A stretch of 64,000 nucleotides of DNA from an uncultured Gemmatimonadales bacterium (GCA_963817715.1 CAWFPG010000004.1:327673-391672), one strand, 5' to 3'. Counted from the first letter of the stretch, positions 18,350 to 26,350 are shown. Notes: a model not told the origin generated them from the letters alone. Numbers and translations are program-made.

Positions 18350-19858
18350 GTGCCGCAGTTGGGTGCATTGGCGGGGGCGACGCTCAGGCTCTGGCGGCTC
18401 GATGGAGCCACCTGGCGGCTGCGCGCCGGCCCCGACGCCGCGGCGCCCCGGGCTCCTCGTGAGCCGGGGCAGTCGGCTGCGGCGTTTGTCGCCATTCCCG
18501 GCAGTGCCGAGCTCTACCTCGAGGTCGTCCCGCACGACGCGCGGTCCCCCGATGCCCTGGTGGCCCGGGTGCTGCCGATCGTGGCGGCCGTGCTGCACGC
18601 CGACCAGGGACAGCTGGCGCTCACCACCGAGCTGGCCGCGCGCTACGAGGAGATCGACCTGCTCTACTCGATCGGCCAATTGCTGGGGCGCTCCGAACCG
18701 GTCGAACAGGTGGCCACCCACATCCTCCGCGAGGTGAGCGCCGTGATCGGTGCCCGCCGCGCCGGCCTCCGGATTCTCGGCGACGACGGCATGCTGCAGC
18801 TCGTGGCCCTCGTCGGCGACGGCGACGACGAGATGATTCCCGACGCCGTCTCGGTCGATGCGCCGGACGACGTGGTGGTCGCGCGTGCGGTGCGCACCCG
18901 ACGGGTCCAGAGCGGGGTGCAACCCGATTGGGTCGAGGGCGAGGTGCTCGTGGTGCCGATGGTCTACGCCGCCAGCGGCCAGCCGGCACGGGTGGTGGGC
19001 ACCCTCGCCCTGGCCGACCGGGCGGGTGGTGGCCGGTTCACCCGGGAAGAGACCAAGCTGCTCGCCGCGGTCGGGACGCAGATCGGTGCCGCGATCGAGA
19101 ACGCCCGGCTCGCCGCGGCCGAGCGTGAGCAGCTCCGGGTTGCCCGCGAGCTGGAGCTCGCGCACGACCTCCAGCTCAAGCTGATGCCGACCTCTGTCGC
19201 ACTGCAGGGCGAGGCCGAGGTCGCGGTGTGGAGCCAGGCCGCCGAATCACTCGGCGGCGACTTCTACACCTTCGCCCGTCTCGGCCACGGCCGGATCGGG
19301 GTGATGCTCGGCGATGTCTCGTCGCACGGCTTCTCGGCGGCGCTCATCGCGGCGCAGGTGATGGCCGCCGCCGGCATCCATGTGAACATCGACACGTCGC
19401 CCGACGCCACACTCGCCCTGATTCGCACCTCGCTCGAGGACGAACTGGCCACCACGGAGATGTACCTCACCCTGGTCTATGCGATGTGCGATCCCGAGGC
19501 CGGCACGCTCAGCTATTCGAACGCCGGGCATCCGTATGCCTTCCGGGTGCCGCGCACCGGCGATCCGGTGCGGCTCGCGACCACCGCGCCACCGCTCGGC
19601 CTGGTGGAACACGGCGAGTTCGGGTGCGCCGTGATTCCGTGGCAGGCCGGCGAGGACCTGCTGGTGCTCTGCACCGATGGCCTCACCGACGGTGCCCGGG
19701 CCGACGGGGAGCGCTACGGCGGCGATCGGCTGCTGGCACGCCTTGCGGCGGGGCGCGAACTCGATCCGGCGGCGCTGGTGCAGTTCGTACGCGACGACCT
19801 CGACGCCTTCGGCGCTGAACGCACCGACGACTGCACCCTGCTCGTGATCCGGGTCTAG
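18350..19858 (+). CDS. GAF-domain PP2C/SpoIIE-family serine phosphatase (RsbU-like)
   Basis: A GAF-like middle region, then a SpoIIE/PP2C region (GGDFYTF...GDVSSHGFSAAL...CTDGLTD...DDCTLLVI). The start is uncertain (GTG at 18350). Confidence 0.8.
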   Translation: MPQLGALAGATLRLWRLDGATWRLRAGPDAAAPRAPREPGQSAAAFVAIPGSAELYLEVVPHDARSPDALVARVLPIVAAVLHADQGQLALTTELAARYEEIDLLYSIGQLLGRSEPVEQVATHILREVSAVIGARRAGLRILGDDGMLQLVALVGDGDDEMIPDAVSVDAPDDVVVARAVRTRRVQSGVQPDWVEGEVLVVPMVYAASGQPARVVGTLALADRAGGGRFTREETKLLAAVGTQIGAAIENARLAAAEREQLRVARELELAHDLQLKLMPTSVALQGEAEVAVWSQAAESLGGDFYTFARLGHGRIGVMLGDVSSHGFSAALIAAQVMAAAGIHVNIDTSPDATLALIRTSLEDELATTEMYLTLVYAMCDPEAGTLSYSNAGHPYAFRVPRTGDPVRLATTAPPLGLVEHGEFGCAVIPWQAGEDLLVLCTDGLTDGARADGERYGGDRLLARLAAGRELDPAALVQFVRDDLDAFGAERTDDCTLLVIRV

Positions 19859-19859
19859 G

Positions 19860-20663
19860 GTGCGCCGTGTCAAGGCGCTCGGGCAGCACTTCCTGCACGA
19901 CCCCGGGCTGCTCGCACGGATCGCCGCCGTCACCGAGGCGGCCGAGGGCGACGTGGTCCTCGAGATCGGCCCCGGCCAGGGAGGCCTCACCGCGGCGCTG
20001 CTGGATCGCGGTGCCACTGTGGTCGCGATCGAGCGTGATGCCCGGATGGGGGCCGAGCTCACACGGCGCTTTAGCGATCGGCCGTTCGCCCTGATCGAGG
20101 GCGACGCACTGGAGCTCGACTGGCCGGCATTGGTCAGGCCGTGGACCGACGTGGGGGCCACCTGGCGGGTCGCGGGGAACATCCCCTACTACATCACGTC
20201 GCCGCTGCTCGAGATGGCGCTCGCCCCGCCGATGCCCGCGTCGATTACCTACCTCGTCCAGCTCGAGGTGGCCCGCCGCCTCGCCGCGGCCCCCGGGACG
20301 AGCGAGTACGGGGCGCTCACGGTTGGCGTGACGGCGGCCGCGGCAGCGTCGCTCGCGATGACCGTCGGGCGCCGGGCCTTCTCCCCACCACCCAAGGTCG
20401 ACTCCGCAGTGGTCCATCTGGTGCCCCACGCCGATCCACCGATTGCCCCGGGGCGGATCGCCGACCTGCGCCGACTGGTGGTGTCGCTCTTCTCCTATCG
20501 CCGCAAGCGGATGCACCGTGCGGTGCGCGAGGCGCTGGGGATCGATGCCCCCGCCGCCGCCGCGCTGCTCGAGCGGGCGGCGATCGACCCCGATGTCCGG
20601 CCCGAGGGGGTGACCGTCGAGGAATTCGTGCGGCTGCTCGGGACCATAGACGATGGTCGATAG
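19860..20663 (+). CDS. rsmA: 16S rRNA (adenine1518/1519-N6)-dimethyltransferase RsmA/KsgA
   Basis: LGQHFLHD, VLEIGPGQGGLT and NIPYYITSP motifs. Confidence 0.9.
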   Translation: MRRVKALGQHFLHDPGLLARIAAVTEAAEGDVVLEIGPGQGGLTAALLDRGATVVAIERDARMGAELTRRFSDRPFALIEGDALELDWPALVRPWTDVGATWRVAGNIPYYITSPLLEMALAPPMPASITYLVQLEVARRLAAAPGTSEYGALTVGVTAAAAASLAMTVGRRAFSPPPKVDSAVVHLVPHADPPIAPGRIADLRRLVVSLFSYRRKRMHRAVREALGIDAPAAAALLERAAIDPDVRPEGVTVEEFVRLLGTIDDGR

Positions 20664-20718
20664 ACGATAGACGATAGCCGATGGACCATCGACCATCGAC
20701 CAATGACCATCGACCCCC
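20642..20718. repeat. tandem heptanucleotide array, 11 units, consensus GACSATM
   Basis: Read directly: gaccata gacgatg gtcgata gacgata gacgata gccgatg gaccatc gaccatc gaccaat gaccatc gaccccc. It starts inside the last 7 codons of rsmA (stop at 20661-20663). Confidence 0.8.
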
Positions 20719-20747
20719 GCACCGGGCCGCTTGCTTCCGGGGGCACT

Positions 20748-20765
20748 TTGTGAAACATTTCACAA
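20748..20765 (+). promoter_or_regulatory. Rex operator (ROP box) TTGTGAA-ACAT-TTCACAA
   Basis: A perfect match to the Rex-family consensus TTGTGAA-N4-TTCACAA, ending 1 nt before the rex ATG at 20767. Confidence 0.75.
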
Positions 20766-20766
20766 C

Positions 20767-21402
20767 ATGCTCCCGCGCAAGATCGCCGACTCCACGGTCC
20801 GGCGCCTGGCGATCTATCTCCGCTTCCTCGAGGAATTCCAGCAGCAGGGCCGCGACACCATCTCGTCGGAGGCGCTGGCCAACCGGGCCGGCACCACCTC
20901 GGCCCAGGTGCGGAAGGACCTCTCATTCTTCGGCTCGTTCGGCAAGCGCGGGCTGGGCTACGACGTCGACGCCCTCGCCACCAAGCTCCGCTCGATCCTG
21001 GGCCTCGGCCATCGCTATCGGGTGATCATCGTGGGTGCCGGTCGGCTCGCCGGTGCCCTGGTCCAGTATGCCGGCATCAGCGCCCGCGGCTTCCAGATCG
21101 TCGCGGTGGTCGACAAGGATCCCGCCAAGGTCAGCAGCGACACCGGCGGACTCACGATCGAGGATGTTGCGGATCTCGAGGCGATCATCCAGCGTGAAGA
21201 GGTGGAGATCGCGATCCTGGTCACCCCGGCCGACCCGGCACAGGGGTTGGTCGACCGGCTGGTTGCGGCCGGGGTCACCGCCATCCTCAACTTTGCCCCG
21301 GTGCAGTTGCACGTGCCGCCGGGGGTGGAAGTGAAGAACGTGAACCTGGCCGTCGAACTCGAGACCCTCTCCTACGCCCTCGCCCACCGGGACGAGGCGT
21401 GA
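20767..21402 (+). CDS. rex: redox-sensing transcriptional repressor Rex
   Basis: MLPRKIADSTVRRLAIYLRFL...SSEALA...QVRKDLSFFGSFGKRGLGY...VIIVGAGRLG is typical of Rex (wHTH plus Rossmann fold). Confidence 0.9.
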   Translation: MLPRKIADSTVRRLAIYLRFLEEFQQQGRDTISSEALANRAGTTSAQVRKDLSFFGSFGKRGLGYDVDALATKLRSILGLGHRYRVIIVGAGRLAGALVQYAGISARGFQIVAVVDKDPAKVSSDTGGLTIEDVADLEAIIQREEVEIAILVTPADPAQGLVDRLVAAGVTAILNFAPVQLHVPPGVEVKNVNLAVELETLSYALAHRDEA

Positions 21403-22217
21403 TCGGTCTGACCCCGCACCCCGCCGGGACCCTGATCGACAAGGCGCTCGCGCTCCTGGCCGAGGGACCGCTCGATGCCGTGGCGGTGGCGACCCGGGTG
21501 ATGGGGCTGCCGGCCGCGCCGCCAGCGGTCGCCGAGCGGCTCGCCGCGGCGCTGCTCGGTGCCGACCCACGGGTGCGCCAGCAGGCCGATGGTCGCTGGG
21601 CGCTGGTGGCCGCCGCGCAGGGCTCCCCGCTGCTCGAGGAGTGCGCCTTCGCGGTGGTCGACGTCGAGACCACCGGGATGCGCCCCGGCGACGACGACCG
21701 GATCACCGAGATCGCAGTGGTGGTGGTGCAGGGGAGCCGCCGCGAGCTGGCGTTCGAGTCGCTGGTGAATCCGCGCCGACCGATCCCCGCGCGGATCTGC
21801 GAGCTCACCGGGATCACCAACCAGATGGTGAGTACCGCACCGACCTTCGACGAGATTGCCGACGAGCTCCTGGCCGCCCTGGCGGGTCGGGTGTTCGTGG
21901 CCCACAACGCGCGCTTCGACTGGGGCTTCGTGGGGCACGAGGTGCGCCGGGCGCGCGACCTGGTGCTCGACGGCCCGCGGCTCTGCACGGTGAAGCTGGC
22001 GCGGCGACTCTATCGCGGCGAACCGAGTTACGGGCTCGATGCGCTGGCCAATCGCTTCGCGCTCGAGTTCCCGTCGCGGCACCGCGCCGCGGGCGACGCG
22101 ATGGTGACGGGCATGCTGCTTGATCGCCTGGTCGCGGCCGCGCGGGATCGCGGCGTGCGCACCCTCGCCGACCTGGAGGTGCTGCACCGCACCCCCGTGC
22201 GCGAGGTGCCGCAGTGA
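21399..22217 (+). CDS. DEDDh 3'-5' exonuclease (DNA polymerase III epsilon-like) domain protein
   Basis: FAVVDVETTG, VAHNARFDWGFV and HRAAGDA (ExoI/II/III motifs), with an N-terminal region of about 85 aa of unknown function. Confidence 0.75.
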   Translation: MIGLTPHPAGTLIDKALALLAEGPLDAVAVATRVMGLPAAPPAVAERLAAALLGADPRVRQQADGRWALVAAAQGSPLLEECAFAVVDVETTGMRPGDDDRITEIAVVVVQGSRRELAFESLVNPRRPIPARICELTGITNQMVSTAPTFDEIADELLAALAGRVFVAHNARFDWGFVGHEVRRARDLVLDGPRLCTVKLARRLYRGEPSYGLDALANRFALEFPSRHRAAGDAMVTGMLLDRLVAAARDRGVRTLADLEVLHRTPVREVPQ

Positions 22218-23107
22218 GCAGGGCAACGACGCTCAAGGTCGGCGACCTGGTGGTGCACGCCATCGAGGCAGGCCACCAGCGGCTCGACGGCGGGGCGATG
22301 TTCGGGATCGTGCCCAAGCCGCTCTGGCAACGGCGGATCGAGCCCGACGAACGCAATCGCATCACCCTGGCGATGCGGCCGTTGTTGGTGGAGCACCCCG
22401 ACGGCCTGGTGCTGATCGACACCGGGCTCGGCAACAAGGAGGCGGCCAAGTTCCACGACATCTATGGCGTGGACAATGCCGGCGCCGACGGGCGCACGAT
22501 GCTCGAGGACGCCCTCGCCGAGCTGGGCCATGCACCGGGTGATGTGAAGATCGTGGTCGACACCCATCTGCACTTCGACCATGCCGGTGGCAACACCTTC
22601 ATCGCATCGGACGACGCCGAGCGGCGCGTGCAGGCGAGTTTCCCCAATGCGCGTTACGTGATGCACCGGCGCGAGTTCGAGTACGCCACCCACGCCAACG
22701 AGCGGACCCAGGGGAGCTACTTCGACCACAACTGGCGAGTGCTGGTCGAGGAGGACCGGGTCGACTTCCGCGACGGACCGGCGGCAGAGATCGTACCGGG
22801 GATCCGGACGATGGTCACCCCGGGGCACACCCCGTGGCACTGGAGCGTGCTGCTGGAGAGCGAGGGGGAGGCGCTCCTCTACCCAGCTGACACCGTCCCG
22901 ACGGCGGCCCACCTGCCGCTGCCATGGATCATGGGCTACGACGTGGAGCCGCTCCGCACCCTGGAGAGCAAGCGGGCGCTCTACACCCGCGGCGTCGCCG
23001 AGGGGTGGCGGGTGGTCTTCGAGCACGACGCCCGGGTGGTGGGCGGGCGGCTGGTGGAGGGCGAGAAGGGGATCGAGCTGGATGAGGTGGTGCGGGTGGG
23101 AGACTAG
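22214..23107 (+). CDS. MBL-fold metallo-hydrolase
   Basis: 297 aa with the THLHFDHAGG metal-binding motif. Confidence 0.8.
   Translation: MSRATTLKVGDLVVHAIEAGHQRLDGGAMFGIVPKPLWQRRIEPDERNRITLAMRPLLVEHPDGLVLIDTGLGNKEAAKFHDIYGVDNAGADGRTMLEDALAELGHAPGDVKIVVDTHLHFDHAGGNTFIASDDAERRVQASFPNARYVMHRREFEYATHANERTQGSYFDHNWRVLVEEDRVDFRDGPAAEIVPGIRTMVTPGHTPWHWSVLLESEGEALLYPADTVPTAAHLPLPWIMGYDVEPLRTLESKRALYTRGVAEGWRVVFEHDARVVGGRLVEGEKGIELDEVVRVGD
22997..23107 (+). repeat. direct repeat copy A (the in-frame 3' end of the MBL gene)
   Basis: These 111 nt recur at 24289-24399 with about 8 mismatches by hand alignment. Both copies end in ...gtgcgggtgggagactag. Confidence 0.85.
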
Positions 23108-23925
23108 CCGGATCCCGGCTCGAGCGTCACGTCTGCTGGACGCGGCACGACACCGCCCGGGGCGCCGAAGTGCGGCACGAGACCCTGGGCGGCCAGCGTT
23201 CGACCGGCATCGGGCATCACGAAGCACTGCTCCGTGCTGGACCAGTAGAGACACCCCGCTTCCGCGGCCGGGCGCTCGTTGGCAAACCGCTCGGCATCGT
23301 CCAGGGCGGCCAGCCAGGTCGACTTGGCGGCAGGGACGTCGAACGGCGTCGCCAGGTGCAGTCGACCGAACTCCTCCGGACGGTATCGCCCGCGACGCTT
23401 GAGCAGTTCGAGCAACGAAAGCGGAGTGAAGCCCGGGTCCTTGCCGACGGCGGCCCACACCAGGCCGGCGAGTGGCAGCACCTGCCGGTGTACGTACAGG
23501 ATGTCCACGAAGTCGCGGGGCTCGTCACGGCCCGCCAGGGCGAGCGCCTTGTTGATTGCCAGATCGACCGGGTCGAGCAGCAGTCCGCCGAGGGGATCAC
23601 GCACCAGCGGCATGAAGCGCCAGGCCGAGTCGTGGGCCCAGTCGATTCGAGTCGAGGCTGTGTCGCGACGGACCACTGCCCGGACGAATCCCGGGAGGCT
23701 CTGTTCGATCTCGACGACGAAGCCCGATGCTTCGAGCCTGCTCCGGTCCGTCGTGAATGTGCGGGCGACCCGCTCCTCGGAATCGTGAAAGAAATCGAGG
23801 TCGTCGCTGTAGCGCGAGCTGTGCGGCGCGAAATGCATCGCCGCTCCGCCGGCGAGATAGCGCTCGTCGGTGGGCGCGGCGGCGAGGGTCGCCAGCAACT
23901 CCTTCTGGAATCGGGTCAGCGGCAC
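23104..23925 (-). CDS. nucleotidyltransferase AbiEii/AbiGii-family toxin (type IV TA, DUF1814-like)
   Basis: 273 aa. SRYSDDLDFFH and DPVDLAINKALALAGR...PRDFVDI resemble AbiEii NTase motifs. Confidence 0.7.
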   Translation of the reverse strand: MPLTRFQKELLATLAAAPTDERYLAGGAAMHFAPHSSRYSDDLDFFHDSEERVARTFTTDRSRLEASGFVVEIEQSLPGFVRAVVRRDTASTRIDWAHDSAWRFMPLVRDPLGGLLLDPVDLAINKALALAGRDEPRDFVDILYVHRQVLPLAGLVWAAVGKDPGFTPLSLLELLKRRGRYRPEEFGRLHLATPFDVPAAKSTWLAALDDAERFANERPAAEAGCLYWSSTEQCFVMPDAGRTLAAQGLVPHFGAPGGVVPRPADVTLEPGSG

Positions 23926-24179
23926 AGCCGCTCCGCCAGCCGCCAGGCGGTCCGGTCGCCGTGCTTGCGAAGCTGCTCGGCGACCCAGGCCACGTCGTCG
24001 CGTCCGATCGCCAGGTCGGGGCGATACGACCAGAAGCAGGTCGCGTGGTAGCGGCGATAGGCACGCCGTGCCTCGCGGACCTTGACCATCCGGCGAGCCG
24101 TGTCGGGATCGAGCACGCGGCGGCTCTTGCGCCCGCCGCGGGCGCCGATCGTGGCGAGGTAGGTGCGGACATCGTTCAT
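23916..24179 (-). CDS. small basic protein (87 aa), putative cognate antitoxin or regulator of the AbiEii-like toxin
   Basis: It lies upstream of the toxin gene and overlaps it by 10 nt. The N-terminus is basic (GARGGRKSRR). It is not a canonical-length AbiEi. Confidence 0.5.
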   Translation of the reverse strand: MNDVRTYLATIGARGGRKSRRVLDPDTARRMVKVREARRAYRRYHATCFWSYRPDLAIGRDDVAWVAEQLRKHGDRTAWRLAERLCR

Positions 24180-24185
24180 GACATC

Positions 24186-24214
24186 AACGTATCCGGCTTA
24201 TGATGTAAAGTCAA
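24186..24214 (-). promoter_or_regulatory. candidate sigma-70-type promoter for the TA operon (possibly leaderless)
   Basis: The minus strand reads TTGACT-17 nt-TACGTT, and the -10 element ends 6 nt before the ATG at 24179. It lies in the only AT-rich patch nearby, next to an AATAGTAATAGT tandem hexamer. Confidence 0.3.
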
Positions 24215-24288
24215 TAGTAATAGTTGTTTAGCTTGGACATGCCGAGCTGCGCTGGCTGGAGGCCTGGGGAATCTCTCCTCTCGGCCTT

Positions 24289-24399
24289 GCCGAGGGATGG
24301 CGGGTGGTCTTCGAGCACGACGCCCGGGTGGTCGGCGGTCGGCTGGTGGAGGGCGAGAAGTGCGTCGCGCTGGACGAGGTGGTGCGGGTGGGAGACTAG
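24289..24399 (+). repeat. direct repeat copy B (displaced relic of the MBL gene's 3' end)
   Basis: It translates to AEGWRVVFEHDARVVGGRLVEGEKCVALDEVVRVGD*, against AEGWRVVFEHDARVVGGRLVEGEKGIELDEVVRVGD* for copy A. It has no upstream coding continuation. Confidence 0.85.
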
Positions 24400-24499
24400 G
24401 CTTCGTCAGTCCGACGATGGCTCAAGGTAGGACCCTGCCGATTTCGGGCGCGGTGCTTTGTAACAGTCCATCTCCGAATTGCTTGAAGTGAAGTTGCTA

Positions 24500-24510
24500 T
24501 CCCCCCCCCC
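24500..24510. repeat. homopolymeric C11 tract
   Basis: I counted 11 consecutive C, about 150 nt upstream of the lipoprotein gene start at 24660, in a lower-GC intergenic region. Confidence 0.9.
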
Positions 24511-24659
24511 CAGAATGAGTTGCGGGCCTACTAGGAATAACCCCAGGGGGTCCTGGGGCTTGCTCCCCAGTTCGCAATTCTGCACGTATGAATCGCGATC
24601 GTGCGGATACGCGGTCGTGACTCGTGAGGCGGTAGATCAGGTCTCGTGACTCGAGAGTC

Positions 24660-25802
24660 ATGATGCTCGGCTCGATGGATGTACCCCACAGCGTTGGGCT
24701 GCTTCTCCTCGTGGGGCTCGCGGGATGCGCCGCGCGTGGCGACGCGCCCGGGGACTCGAACATTTCCCCATCCAGCCCGGTGGTGATGCCGACTCTCGAG
24801 CGAGTCGCCTTCAAGCCCGACACGGGGAGTTCTCCATTCGGCAAGGTGCCGATCGCCGCAGATCCGAGCGGGGGCATCTACTACTACGGTCGCACCAACG
24901 GCACCCAATTGTTGACCCGGCTGGATTCGTCCGGAACGGCCATCGCCCGGTTTGGGAGCGCGGGCGCTGGCCCGGGCGAACTCTCTGGCGCCGGGGTGCT
25001 GTTGTCCAGCGGTGACACCCTGGCAGTCTACGATACGCGGAAAGCTGCCCTCGTCCTGTTCGGACCAGCCGGCGGAGTTCGTGGGGAGTTCAGGCTTGAA
25101 GCGCTCGGCTTCCCCTTGGCACTTGATGGTGACCGACTATTCACGAGTGATCTGGACGCGCCGCTGAGACACGAGCCTCCCGCCATTGTCGAGAGTCGTC
25201 TCGGCTCAGACTCCAGCTCGATCTTCCTGGGGGAAGGGGATCGGGCCTTCGTTGACGCAATTGTCCCCGATCCCTCGAGTTCCCCCAGTCATCTGCCTAT
25301 ACCGGTATTCACTGTTCGTGGAACACGGAGCGCGATCGGCAACCCACGCACGGGCAGGGTCACGGTCTGGGATGGGGCAGCGTCCTTTACGCTCCGACCT
25401 CCTGGCGAGGCGCCGAAGCGAGGTCCGCGTGGGCTTGAGGAAACGCGGGCGGCGCTCGAGGCGAGCCTGAACCAGTTGACCCCAGCAGGGCCGGCGAGGT
25501 CTCGCAGGAACACGGTGCTCCGCGAGCGTCTCGACACGCTGGCACGGGAGCAGCTTCCATGGTTCCTCTGGCCCGGGCTTCAGTTCGACGACCACGGACG
25601 ACTGTGGATCTTCAGCGACCGCGATGATTCTACCAGCGTGGATGTCTTCGCCGGCGAACGTCACCTCGGCCGATTGACACTGCCATGCTACCACCCTGAC
25701 AAGTGGGTTTCGCTCACTACCGGTTGGTTGGCGCTCCAGTGCAAAGGTGATCCCGAGGCCGATGTCCCCTATGAGCTGCAGCTATACCGCGTGGAGGGCT
25801 GA
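24660..25802 (+). CDS. hypothetical lipoprotein (possible beta-propeller)
   Basis: The signal peptide has the lipobox LLLVGLAGC. It is 380 aa with repetitive Gly/Asp-rich strand-like segments. No family recognised. Confidence 0.55.
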   Translation: MMLGSMDVPHSVGLLLLVGLAGCAARGDAPGDSNISPSSPVVMPTLERVAFKPDTGSSPFGKVPIAADPSGGIYYYGRTNGTQLLTRLDSSGTAIARFGSAGAGPGELSGAGVLLSSGDTLAVYDTRKAALVLFGPAGGVRGEFRLEALGFPLALDGDRLFTSDLDAPLRHEPPAIVESRLGSDSSSIFLGEGDRAFVDAIVPDPSSSPSHLPIPVFTVRGTRSAIGNPRTGRVTVWDGAASFTLRPPGEAPKRGPRGLEETRAALEASLNQLTPAGPARSRRNTVLRERLDTLAREQLPWFLWPGLQFDDHGRLWIFSDRDDSTSVDVFAGERHLGRLTLPCYHPDKWVSLTTGWLALQCKGDPEADVPYELQLYRVEG

Positions 25803-25897
25803 GGCGCTGCGACCCGCCTTGCCGGGTCCCGGCATCGGGCCCACGTTGGGAGGACATCCATCCGCCCCTCTCCCCACCCTCTGTCCTGCGAGGTCCC

Positions 25898-26350
25898 GTG
25901 CGCATTCCCCACCTCATCACCCTGCTGGCGGTAGTCGCCGCCCCAGCGATTGCCGCCGCCCAGGACAACAGGCCAGCCAACCCGCTCCCCACTCAGGTCG
26001 CCGCCAGCTTCCTGGAGAACGCCTCCAACGGTGACCTCGAGGCGGCCGCAGTGCTCCTCGCCCCCACCTTCGAGATCGACCACGTGATGGGCCGCCGGTT
26101 CGTGCAGCCCCAGACGCGTGAGGGGATGCTCAAGGCGTTCCAGGCCGCGCCGAAGCGCCGCTTCGAGGTGCTGGCCCAGGTGGCCGACGGCCCGTTCGTG
26201 CTGCAGAAGGTCCGCCCGATCGCCCCTGACGGGACCGCCGGCCCCAGCACCATGTGGATGTTCGAGGTCAAGGGCGACCAGATCATTGGCCTCTGGCACT
26301 TCGACGCGTCCTCGACGATGGCGGCCCGGACCGAGGCGGCCGGGCCCTGA
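25898..26350 (+). CDS. secreted NTF2/SnoaL-like fold protein (hypothetical)
   Basis: 150 aa with the signal peptide MRIPHLITLLAVVAAPAIAAAQ. Its size and pattern suggest an NTF2-like fold, but the assignment is weak. Confidence 0.5.
   Translation: MRIPHLITLLAVVAAPAIAAAQDNRPANPLPTQVAASFLENASNGDLEAAAVLLAPTFEIDHVMGRRFVQPQTREGMLKAFQAAPKRRFEVLAQVADGPFVLQKVRPIAPDGTAGPSTMWMFEVKGDQIIGLWHFDASSTMAARTEAAGP

Larger units (their letters stand above)
23108..24288. mobile_element. putative remnant integrative islet (toxin-antitoxin cargo only) bracketed by the duplicated 3' end of the MBL gene
   Basis: Flanked by the 111-nt direct repeats. It holds only the AbiEii-like gene, a small partner gene and an AT-rich promoter patch. 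No integrase is present. Confidence 0.5.

Noticed and set aside
20642-20718. Possibility that the short tandem arrays (this one and 52957-53012) are CRISPR arrays.
   Set aside because: The period is 7 bp and there are no spacers. No cas genes are present in the window.
24224-24430. A 68-aa plus-strand ORF over the relic repeat.
   Set aside because: It lies in a different frame from the conserved MBL C-terminal peptide. The region is better explained as a displaced gene fragment.
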